Positions 43,301 to 54,509 of a stretch of 64,000 nucleotides of DNA are shown here, piece after piece. The notes under the pieces are model-generated. The model saw only the letters and a list, made by a program, of their open reading frames with translations. It was not told where the DNA came from and made no database searches. The translations under genes and the position numbers were made by a program. Every line of letters starts with the position of its first letter. Position 1 is the stretch's first letter. This DNA comes from Rotaria socialis (taxonomy: Eukaryota): assembly GCA_905331295.1 (NCBI GenBank), contig CAJNYD010000185.1, positions 1 to 64,000 of the forward strand, read 5' to 3'.

Positions 43301-43801
43301 AAAGCTCATTATTGAGCATTTTTCGTGTAATAGTTTTGTTTTTCTTCGTATACGAATGTTCAAGATTTTTGTTCATACGTGTCAAAGTTGGAAACTCGAG
43401 AGCAGTGAATGATTCAATATTTTTCAGAAACTGATTGATCCTCAATTCCAACATAGCGTGTTGTCCGTAAGAATGCCATTATGTCAAAGTCTTCATAGTT
43501 TCAAAATTGAGAAAGGCTCGTGATTATGTTTGTTGGATTTGTTTGGAAAAGCAAGCAAGAAAACATGTTGCTATCTTACACTTATTAAATCAATCGGATT
43601 GGTGCCTATCGAAGCTTATGAACTGGTCAATTGTTACATCTTAAGATCGAACAAAGATCATACAAACAGCGTGTCTTTCACAGTATCGAAGGTACTGCTG
43701 TGAATTCTTTATTGTGAACATCATTTGGAAACAGTCGATTTCAAATAAGAAAAGTAACCATAGAAAACAATTAATCATATCTTTGATAGATTGACAATCT
43801 A

Positions 43802-45418
43802 TTATCCATCTTTTTCTTCTACTTTGTTATCCAGTAGTGGCAATGCTTGATCGTCATCATTGATTCCAAACATATCTTTTGCGTGTACTATCGCAAATTT
43901 TTTATAATCATTGGCTTTACCCAAAAACAAATTCATCAGTAGCGACATATATTGTTTCATTGACGGCGTATTGTTAATCAGGATGGCAAACTCTTTTTTC
44001 GAAAGATGTTTGTTTTGTTCATAAAACTGTTCAATAGATTGAACCATGCGATTAAATTTAGGCCGCACTTGCTCTTCCATTTTAGTAATTCTCTCCAAAG
44101 ATGAACAATCATCTTGTAATATTGATCTTAAATCGTCGGATTGCTCATTGATTATATTTTCAAATAGATGTCGCAAAGAGTTTACACTATTTTTGCAATG
44201 ATGTAACTGAAGATATTTGTTAGTTTTTACTTTTACTAAATAAGAAGTATCGTCTGGACGAATAATTTCAATAACATAGCCTTCGCCTTGAGTCTCAGCA
44301 CGAATATTTTTTATGATTTCACTTTTAGGTACCTGATTTGAAACCGATTTAAATGGAACTACATGTTCAAGAATCGATTGAAAACCATTTTCACCAAGGA
44401 ATGATATAAGACGTCGAGCAAATAGAGTCTCACCAGTTACATGATACCGAATTGAGAGTACAGTCAGTTCAGCACGAGGATAATCAAGAACGATTCGATT
44501 GGTAGGTGACGTATATTCCATATTGATAGTGTACTGAAGATGAGCTAAACGTTCGATTTCGCATTTAAATTGTCCTAAAATAAATTCATATTCAGTTGAA
44601 ATGGTTAATAGCGTATTATGGTCAAACAAAAATTATGAACTACCAATATCAAATCGATGCATACAGAAACTTCCTAAAGACTTCTGAATCGAAAAACGAA
44701 GACGCTTAATTCTTTCTTAACACTACTAACTATATAATATAACAAATAAATTGACAATATCGTGTGTAAGAAATTGTAGAATGACGGTATGGAAATTAAA
44801 TTTTAGTAGTCCTCAAAAATCTGCATATAATTTCTCTTAACAGTGTTTCAAAAGAAACCTATTGAATATCTTCTCTGTTTTTAATGCCAATTCAGTCATT
44901 GTCCGGCAAGACGTGAACTCATTAGTGATATACATATTGTTTGAATTTTTGAATTATGCTTATCGCGTGTTGAAACAAGCAACAATACCTTTTAGTAAAT
45001 CCATTGCTTCAGATGCCTGCGAAGAGTTGAACGATGTTTTTGATTTCAAAAGAACGATTGGTTGATTCGCCTGATTAAAATGAAGAAATGTTGATATTAG
45101 TGACCCATCAATCTTATCCATTTGATCGCCGAATTGTCCTAATTCATGCTCTCGCGAACCATTACCTTCGTCGTAATTGAAGAATTTTTCTGGTGGCAAG
45201 GAAACTAATTTAACGTTGTCAAGATCAGTGATGTTGAACATTGTTCCACGACAATTTAAAGCAGACGGAAGGTTATTGAAAGTAGTGTAGGAACATAGTC
45301 GATAATTGAATGTACGATATTTAGTAGAATCACGTTGAGCATCTTTATAATAGAAGCCATCGTCAACTGAACAGTTTGACATGAGATTATGATAAAGTTG
45401 AGGCATCAACTGAGCCAT
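43802..45418 (-). CDS. T4 RNA ligase 1 (Rnl1/RnlA)-family ATP-dependent RNA ligase, 400 aa, two exons (45418-44989, 44574-43802)
   Basis: The protein is colinear with T4 Rnl1 as recalled: LYHNLMSNC, YRTFNY, ALNCRGTMF, PPEKFFN, motif I KIDGSLISTF, KSK, NMEYTSPTNRIVLDY, motif IV EGYVI, motif V VKVKTNKYLQLH, and C-terminal SDDLRS...LMNLFLG. A phase-1 GT-AG intron at 44575-44988 (AAAG|GTATTG...ATTTTAG|GACAA) joins the two ORFs in frame. Confidence 0.92.
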
Positions 45419-45486
45419 GATTGAAGTAGACGTGCGTTATGTTTTCTAAGGAAGTAATTATTTAGTTGACATTAAACAAAATGTAG

Positions 45487-45559
45487 TTTATAAATACAAA
45501 ACAGAGTTGCAAAACACATAATCAGCCAATGTTGCAACATTGTGACTGCAATTGACTCA
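45487..45559 (-). promoter_or_regulatory. Putative promoter of the RNA ligase gene (TATA box, 16-bp palindrome, AP-1 motif)
   Basis: TATAAA lies on the minus strand at 45487-45492, about 70 nt upstream of the ATG. A perfect palindrome CAATGTTGCAACATTG is at 45527-45542 and TGACTCA is at 45553-45559. Confidence 0.4.
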
Positions 45560-46778
45560 TAACATACATCTTGTGTATTACGAGTCCATGATTCATTCTT
45601 TCTCTTAGTTGCTTTGTTCTTCTATCAAGGCGTGCAAATAGCTGAATACGTTTTAAACGAAGGAAGAAACTCACAATGTATGTGTCCACCCGCAATATTT
45701 TTATTTCGTTTCAGCTCGCGTGTATCCGAGTGCAAAATATTTTGAGATATATTTTCGGTATCACTATCTATTGGGTTGATATCGTGTTACTTATTACACG
45801 CTCCATAGTTGTTGTCAGGGGCAACAATATCAGTTTTCATATGATAAATAATTTGACGAATTTAGCATTTCCGTTGAATTTCTTATTATTTTAATATCAA
45901 TAAAACTTGTATGATTTAAATATCTTATTTCTCATGATAGACCGATCGATGTAGGCATTTACATTATTGATTACAAATGCACAAAAACGAAAACTTCCCT
46001 TTCATTCTACTGCAGAAGAAAGGTTGCTTTTGAGTATGACTCAATGATAGAAGAATTTTTTTGCATTATTTAAAAGACATGCTTTTTAGTTGCTGTGCAG
46101 TTCAGTAACTATGTCTATAATGTGAAAAAGTATCATGTTAAACACTTGAATTACTGTTGAGTAAATAGTTTGAATGAAAAATAGATTCTTCGTATTGCAC
46201 GACCGTACGCGAATAATTCGTTTTTTCCTATTTGATATTTGGTAGTCATCAATGTGAAAGAGTTGAATTTTCTTCAGTTAGTTAACTTATACAGTGTTTT
46301 TACTTAAAGTTTCAATTATATTGAATAATATGCAATACCTCTTTTTTAGTTTCTACTATCTTCTATTAATAAATGTATATTAATTATAACTTTATCTCTT
46401 ACATCAAAGGGAGCATCATAATTTACCTATAGTTTCTCTTGATAAATTATACGATATAGAAAATTTCCTATGAACGCGCTGTGCAAAATGAAAAGTCTAG
46501 ATATACAATTCCATCGATAATGTATGAAAATTTTGTTACAATATGTTCCTTGATTTTTATAGAAATTTTCTGTAAGCAAAAAACTATTGAAACATTAGTA
46601 TTGTCTATGTGCGGTCTTGTTTTCATGTTCATAATGGATCTGTTATGAATAATACGGGTAATAATAACAACCAGATATAATTCAGTCTTATTTCATGGTA
46701 ATTAGTATAACAATAATGTATTAAGTAAAAGAATTGAATATCGGCTATAGAAGAACGCACAGAATAGCTAACTAATCG

Positions 46779-47186
46779 TTCTGTGTACTGAAAAAGTGAG
46801 TACACTTTATATTCGGTCAGTGTGTCCGGCCGTTAACACGATAGCTCTTGAAAGCTTTATCCAATTGTCTTGAAATTTTGTACACATAATGACCTCATTA
46901 ATATCTCAGTCGACTTCGAAGATGAGAAGAATCCGTCAAGAAATGGCTGAGTTATCGAAAAAATTGTCATTATTGACCAGACCATCCCTGAGGGAGGGGG
47001 GGGGGGGGACGGGGTATTTTAAAAAAAAGTTTTTNNNNNNNNNNCCCCCCCCCCCCCCGGCCGGGGGGGGGGGCGGACCAGGGATATTTTCAAAAACCTT
47101 TTTTCTCAGAATTATTTAAAACATATATAAATCGACTCACGTCAGTTTTTGCAGTACACAGAAGAGTCAGATGCGAATCCGATGTT
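46779..47186 (+). mobile_element. Non-autonomous Helentron/DINE-1-like (HINE) element; contains an N gap at 47035-47043
   Basis: Subterminal inverted repeats are TTCTGTGTACTG (46779-46790) and CAGTACACAGAA (47152-47163). A partial inverted copy, AGTACAC, follows the 5' repeat and can form a 5' stem. A 3' hairpin TCAGAT-GCGA-ATCCGA (47167-47182) is followed by TGTTT. Confidence 0.6.
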
Positions 47187-48745
47187 TCCTCATTTATTTA
47201 TGCATGACATGGATTATGTGATTTTCGTCTAAACTAAAAAGAAAGAAAAATGCTTGGTGATTGTCTTTACAGTGATTCATGTAATTTCAGACGAAGGAGT
47301 GGATATGTTGTCTATTGAATTTCCTAGGTGGAGTTGCCTCTTCTCTTTATTTTAGACTTCTAAACCCTCATTATAAACAAAAAACTGCATGCTACTTTTC
47401 CTGAAATTTACTTTGAATCAGAAGAAACTTCGTAGACTCATTTTTATGTCAGTAACGTTCTGGTCTCAACAGTTAATTTTAATACAAGTGCAACAATTTG
47501 ATGGATTTTACTGTGCGATAGAATACTAATTGAGTAACAAATGAATCATACACCATCGAACATGGAAATGAATCTGTTAGGTAGAAAAAAGGAAGAAAAT
47601 ATCTTCATAGAAATCAGTAAACCAATTTTAATACAGTACGAAATACAGTTGTTGTATAAACTAACGCAAATTCTGTTCTTATTTTTTTCTTCTATGCTTT
47701 CCCCTTGGCTTACTCATGAAAAATTCATACTTTCTGTTTTCGATGACCTTGACAATTAGCTATAAAATGTTAATCGTTGGAAGCTTTGTGAAAATATTTG
47801 ATGTAAATAATATTTTTCACTGGTTTGATTTTATCTGTAATAGAAGTAATAGCGATTTTCAAATGGGTCACCAAAAACATTACTGCTTCGTAAAATTTAT
47901 CCTTTTCAGTATTCGAAACAAATCCAAACAAAACTACGAGAGAAAATAGATCCTATGACCTTTCAAGGTTTTACTTGGCATGAATTTATTAATAATATGT
48001 AATCAATAAAAGAAAATATACATTTTTATGAATAATAGAGATGAAGAAACTATTTTCTTAATTGTAAAACTGTTTATTATTTTGCACGACAATTTTTCCC
48101 TAAGATACACTTGCATCAACAACAATACTTAGTTAGTATATCGACATTCATATACGCAAATCATTCGATATAGATGTTATTAGGGCAAACATTTGAGCTG
48201 TATTTCGACCACGAAAACATAACCAGTGCTATACCTTAAAAATAAAATATTGTTTATTATTGATAAAATTAGTCTTATTAGACGATGAAGTGAAGTCATC
48301 ACTAGAAATCTTTTTCAATATCTGCAGAATAGGAAATAATATCTTTTGAAGCTGTCCGAAATTAATATCTTTTGCGAAGCATATCTCTGATTTCTTTTTC
48401 TGCGCTGCAATAGTTTGCTTGTTAATGTACATCGTAATATCGTCCTCTTACATTTGGTGAGTCATGTTATGTTGTAGTGATGATGCATTCAACTGATTTT
48501 TAGTCGATGATTCGTTTTGATATCTTCTGTCTTTTTTATGCATTGCGAACGCGAAAGATAGATGAGGCGCAATGCAAACATACTCTCGTTACACATCATC
48601 AACCAGTATTCAGGATATCAAGTAGAGAAAAGAAAACAAAAAATGAAGAGGAGTGTTGAAAAGAAAAATATGTCGGCTTGCATTTTTTCGTGTATTCATT
48701 GATGATTTGTATTCAGTAAAAAAAACCATTCGATATAATAGCGAG

Positions 48746-50488
48746 ATGAATAACACAGAATCAAATACAACAACAGCACGTTATACGAAGAATCCACTCT
48801 CGGCAAATGAACACTCAGCTGATGAGACAGTTGTACAACAGTCAGTAGATCCACCTCCAGCATATGGTAAAAACTAGATATCTGCTGAGAAGAAATGCTT
48901 CTTTTTTTATATTGGTATACTTGTTTACGTTTCAAGATTTAGATTTTCGGTATAGATTTTAATCACACAATTGAATAGTATAATCGATTCAAGTTAAGAT
49001 TTTTTGACATGTATTTTCAGTTAAGTTATTCTTACTACTTTAATAAAGTATTCTGATTTACGAAAGAAAATTCGTGTGATAGTAATAAGAAAGACTACTT
49101 ACTATCATCATGCATATAGGGGATACAGTGTAGTTTGACATTAATCAGAAAGGAGATAATATTTATCGATTATTCATTGATGTTTTCAATGCGGATTTTC
49201 CATATAACTTACGAATACTTTCGATTTCAGTAGTAGCTAATAGTTGTAATTTTTTCAGCTCCCTTCTCTCCCCTATCATAGATTGCTGAAATAAGACGAT
49301 CACTTTTTTTCTAACCATATTAGTCGAGAACCAACAATAATATGAGAGTCAAACGTTTTTGAAGTTTATGAGGAATATCTGAATCTATTAAAAGTTATTC
49401 AACAAGTTGTTAAGTATTACTTTATAAGTTTATAACGATTAGCTGCTAGTTGATTTAATTGAAGTAGGTCGTTTCTAGCTTTTTACGACTCATCACAAAT
49501 TGTCATGAATATCTTTTTTAATGTTTTCTCTCATGATCAATGACCATTTGTTTTATTTTCGAGCAAACTATTCAAACCTTTGTTCGCATGAACTTAAAAT
49601 GATATCCAAGTCATAAAAATTAGATTATACGAATTAGATACGCATGTATAAATAAATCAACAATATTTCATTGAAACATGTAAAGAGTTTGATTTTATCG
49701 CTTTAAATCTTCTCGAAGAGTTTTGTAAATGATGATTTTACAGGTTTATATATTAAAGTTACGTATTCAAAGAGCTATATTCTATGTTCAAATAAAAAAC
49801 AATTTTATCTTTATCTTAGATCAGATTGTGAACAATGAAATAACTAGAACAGAATATGAGTATCATCTTCGTTCATTCTTACTGTTTAAAAGATTAGATT
49901 CGTTAAGTCATTTTGTTCAGATTTTGTATTTTCCAAAGTTCGATGAAAGATTCTTGACTGTGATTCGGCCGACATGTCGACAGTTTGAAACGAGTTTTTT
50001 TTTATAACGTAGCATCTTTTAATTCACAGAAGTTAACATTTCAACTACGTATTTGAGCATATGTATCTATCTAAGTGGCTACTCTAGAAACAATCATTCA
50101 TCTTTATCTTTCAAAAGCAGACAATGCGAAAAATGACCCTTCGAAACAGAATCAAGCTGTACCGCCGGTGACACCACCAGTGACACAAATAATAACTGTT
50201 ATGCAACCAAAGTTAGGCAGTTTACCTGTTCAATGTACATGTTCAAAATGTCATCAAAGCATTGTGTCACGTACCGAACTTTCAAATGGTTTGGCAGTGT
50301 GGGTAGCTTGTTTAGCGCTCGTAGTTGTCGGCTGCTGGCTTGGATGTTGCCTCATTCCATTCTGTGTCGATGATTTGAAGGTATGCACACGTTACATCGT
50401 TTATTTTTCGCAGGCTTGTCTTTTCTAGGATGTAACGCACTGCTGCCCAAACTGTAACACAGTGTTGGGTATAAAGAAAAGATTCTGA
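48746..50488 (+). CDS. LITAF-domain (zf-LITAF-like) protein, 3 exons (48746-48866, ~50118/50121-50380, 50429-50488)
   Basis: An N-terminal PPAY (PPxY) motif is present. The LITAF domain reads PVQCTCSKCHQ...hydrophobic stretch...GCCLIPFCVDDLK|DVTHCCPNCNTVLG, and the stop TGA is at 50486-50488. Confidence 0.93.
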
Positions 50489-51436
50489 TCCGTTGATTGC
50501 CGAACATCACGCACAAACAAATTTTTCAATCACTATAGCTTTTTGGCTAGTTTCTCTTCTTAAATCCATTTCGCTCTTTTTTTTGTCTTGCTTGCATGTA
50601 CAATACTCAATACTATATTGCTTACCATTAAAAAATAGGAATTCATATCAACTCAATTTGTAATAGAAATCTGTTCATTCTCTTCTTCTTATGCACGATA
50701 TCACGGCATTAATATTTCTTTTGTTTAAAATTCTACTGGTCAGACTACTGCAGAAAAGATTCGCTGTCGGAATTCATTGACTTCGACATCTTCAATTTTT
50801 TCTGATCGTCCTACACATTATTTACTTTGTTAAACTGTTCGAGTGAGTCTGTCCTCTAACAGCAAAATCAATTGCGATCATGTAAATTTACTGTAATTTT
50901 TGATAGTATAAAATCAAAAAAAGAAAATAAATCCAAGTAAAAAAATTGTCAGGCACAAGAGCTTCTAGAACTAACAGTTGTTAAGATATCATTCGTCATA
51001 TAAATGTTTTCATTCAACAAAAGTGCCTACAAAAATTGATATAGTGGAAAATGAATTATTTTCCTACGAGTTATCTATGTCTAAGTATCGAAATAACATA
51101 CATCATGTTTTTGGGTACTTTCAAATAAAATTAACGCACTAGTACTTTTGGATTTAATTATTTTCGAAACAAAGTGTTACCTTTTTCCATCGAACAAATC
51201 GTTCGTTCATATGTGGCACCTGTACAATTTATTTTGTTTATGAAGTTGCCTCTTTATTTTTACTACTCTGCAAGATGTAAGTGATGAGAAAACTGGATGA
51301 TCAGAGGTGACAGAAAAAAATGCCGAATAGCTAGCTATAGAAGATAGAAACAAAGAAAACCTAGACGTCGGTGACTAAATTTTTTAACAAACTAAACCAC
51401 CAGAAGAATTTTAGCGGTGTGAGTGTGGATCGTATC

Positions 51437-51689
51437 TAGAGGTGTTAGCCGATGCCTCAGTCATCGGCGGCGGCGCTCAAAATCTTTAGAAGCTATTTTT
51501 AACAATATTCGTAGTTTTGAGAATTATGTAACAGAAAATGGAAAAATGATAATATAGAACGTTCTTATTAGGAATTTGATCATAACAATCCGGAAGACTG
51601 CTTCTGAGTATCGAAAATATTCAAAAATTTAGTATTCCTGTTTATATGACGGCGACGGCGGCGGCTCAACCGCTCGGCTTACACCTCTA
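51437..51689. mobile_element. hAT-type MITE, 253 bp
   Basis: TIRs are TAGAGGTGTTAGCCGA and TCGGCTTACACCTCTA (15/16 match). GGC repeats lie subterminally. The flanks ATCGTATC and ATCGTACT look like a decayed 8-bp target-site duplication. Confidence 0.75.
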
Positions 51690-52077
51690 ATCGTACTGTG
51701 TAAACATTTGACCTCTAGCTATCGACATATATATGTGCTTGCAACTGATTTTCTTTTCAATATTTTCTACCAAGATCGTAAGAGCAATTGTATCAATTGA
51801 AATTAATTTCATCATTCTTATTATCATTTAAAAATATACAGCACATCATTCATACTCTCGTAAGTATCCACCTTTATCATCACACACACTCTCACTGTAA
51901 TATTACATTGAGATATTTCCATGCTATATGCCGCATATGACAAATGTCAATACTGATAAATTTCTCTTTTTGTTATCTTGTATGCGAGATCATGTGACTA
52001 TTTAAAATTGTCGTGTCTTATCATTTGTATGAACTGAAGATATAAAAGATTTTCCATTAGTTTCGCTCGCTCATTCT

Positions 52078-52965
52078 ATGTCTACCGCAACAGTAAATAT
52101 CGCGCGGATACCGGCAGCAAAAGAAAATGTTGAAGACGAGATCTTAGAATGTCTTCGACGTGATGGCGTAGCTATTGTTACTGGAATGTACACAAGAAGT
52201 CATGTTGAGCAAGTGAAACAAGACCTGGCACCACATTTTGATTCTGATACAATTGATCAATCAGGTTTTTTCCCTTCGACTACACAACGAGCCATGGGTT
52301 TCTTTGCCATTTCACGGGCTTGCATCGACATGGCCATGAATCCATTACTTTTATCTGTGGCCAATCGATTGCTAACATCGACGTATACTTTTTATGTCGG
52401 CTCAGAGAAAAAAACGGTTCAATCAAAGCCAATAATTTCATCAACGGTTGGCTTCCGTATAAATCCCGGTGGTCAGCAACAGGAACTTCATAGGGATGAT
52501 ACAGATTTTCACGCGAGGCCTTGCGATTGGCCGATGATGATAGGCTGTATTATTGCCCTTAGTCGAACTCACAAGAACAATGGAGCAACTCTTGTGATTC
52601 CTGGTTCACATTTGTGGGAAGATTCAAATCGAGCACCTCTTGTCGAAGAAGCTATCCCTGCTGAATTAGAGCCGGGTGATGCAGCCATCTTTGTTGGAAA
52701 TCTATATCATGCTGGAGGATCTAATCTAACTCTAGATGAGCGACGCGAAATAGCTGGTATATTTATGGCCAAAGGATTTTATCGACAAGCGGAAAATGAA
52801 TACTTAGCAGTACCACCTGAACGTTGCAAAGAACTCCAGTTGAGTCCAGCAGAATTACGTGTACTTGGCTATGGTATATCACAGCCTGCTTGCGGTTTCT
52901 TCAAATACAAAGATCCCATGGAATCTATTTTTGGAATAGTGGATGATGAGACGGTTCTTTTATAA
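52078..52965 (+). CDS. Phytanoyl-CoA dioxygenase (PhyH) family Fe(II)/2-oxoglutarate dioxygenase, intronless, fungal/microbial type
   Basis: The 295-aa ORF is uninterrupted. It has LRRDGVAIV, the HxD motif in QELHRDD, NGATLVIPGSHLW, the distal His in LYHAGGSN, and RQAENEYL...LGY. TATAAAA is at 52041-52047. Confidence 0.92.
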   Translation: MSTATVNIARIPAAKENVEDEILECLRRDGVAIVTGMYTRSHVEQVKQDLAPHFDSDTIDQSGFFPSTTQRAMGFFAISRACIDMAMNPLLLSVANRLLTSTYTFYVGSEKKTVQSKPIISSTVGFRINPGGQQQELHRDDTDFHARPCDWPMMIGCIIALSRTHKNNGATLVIPGSHLWEDSNRAPLVEEAIPAELEPGDAAIFVGNLYHAGGSNLTLDERREIAGIFMAKGFYRQAENEYLAVPPERCKELQLSPAELRVLGYGISQPACGFFKYKDPMESIFGIVDDETVLL

Positions 52966-54509
52966 CAAATAGGTATCTAAAATAGTAATGGTGATAGAGC
53001 AGCATCTAGCCAATCTAAAGGTTTTAATTGCTACATATGCACTTCGTGTTACTGAGATAGCTCACAATAATATGTTGTAGCGACCTACAACGACTTTATT
53101 ACACTTACTATTAATATTCTGCGAATTCATTGTTAATGGTATTGTGTTGCAAAAGAAGAATAAGATATGAACCTTTTCTCTACAGTCACTATCTACATCT
53201 GCAACGGTGGGCTGTAGTTCTACCAATGATGGGAGAGATACACCTGCTGGAGTGCGTAATTCACGTAGATTCATCTGAACTTCAGCACCACTCCAGTTAT
53301 ACTCATATTTTATGTGAGTCAAGTGAGTATCACCTCCATCTCTCTTGCCAATATCTGTTTCTTAATCTGCACAATACTCATGGCCTCTATCCTTCGGTAT
53401 TGCTTTCTTACCATTTTGTAAATAGTTATCATTCGTATTAGTTGATATATAAATCAGTCCTAGTGTATTAATCCTATGTGTACCAACTGACTCTTGATCT
53501 TGGTAATCTAGGTCTCCATATTCGTCAAAATAATTTCAAGTTGTACTAAGACAATGCGAATAGTCATGAGTGGTAATATTGAAACAGAAGAGAACTCCGT
53601 TCAAATAGTCGACATAGTAGATATGTGATAAATCTAATTTTTCTTCATACAGTCATTTCAATTGTTCAAGAATGAAACTGAAGGATATAATTCATCTTAA
53701 TCGAAAACAACTAGTAAATTATACGCTTTTGTTTTTCAGATCATTTTATGCGAACCAAATCATAAAATATTGCAATGGATTTGGATTATGAAAAAAAAAA
53801 CATAAATATCGATACTTTGAAGAATGATTGTCTTCGTACATCTGGTTCATGTCCAAAAGAAAAGCCGATCGAGTAACATTGCAATATAAATTCAGAATAA
53901 TAAACTGTGTTCATCCTTGTTTTGTTTTCTATATTTTTCAATATTTCAAATACGTTTTACACAAATTAGTACAAAGAGAATAACTCATTTCGAGCTATTC
54001 AAACGGATCGCACTGAACTGGACTACTCGAATGAATTTTTTCCCCCCTTGATAAATGTTTTTGATGCCACTACCACAACACCCTAGCAAAAGTCATTTAG
54101 TCAAGTGCATTTTATTTTACTAATTGAAACTATCATGAAGCTTTGACAGCTAACTTGGGTCGCCGACCTATATTCAGTGTTTACAGAACAAGAAGCTGCT
54201 TCGAAATAATTTATTTTTTTTCTTGAGAATTGACATCAAGTTAGTTTCGAAACTTATTTTTTTATGAGGCGAATTAATTTGAAAATAGTGTTCTTTGAAA
54301 TTAACCATATATTTTTGGTGATGGTGAAATTCGACAATGCAAAATTTTATGGCAATAGGCCAAAAACAAATTCAACAGCTGAGCAGAAAGCTTGAATTTG
54401 GGTCAATGAAGTATATAAACCTTCGAAAGATAGTGAGAATATCATGCATTATAGCTTTATGTGAATGAGTAGATGCAAACATGAAACCCAGACGGATGCC
54501 ATTATAATA

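Noticed and set aside
43802..45418. Prophage or bacterial contamination as the source of the ligase
   Set aside because: The gene has a spliceosomal intron and AT-rich host-like composition, no other phage genes are nearby, and the neighbours are metazoan.
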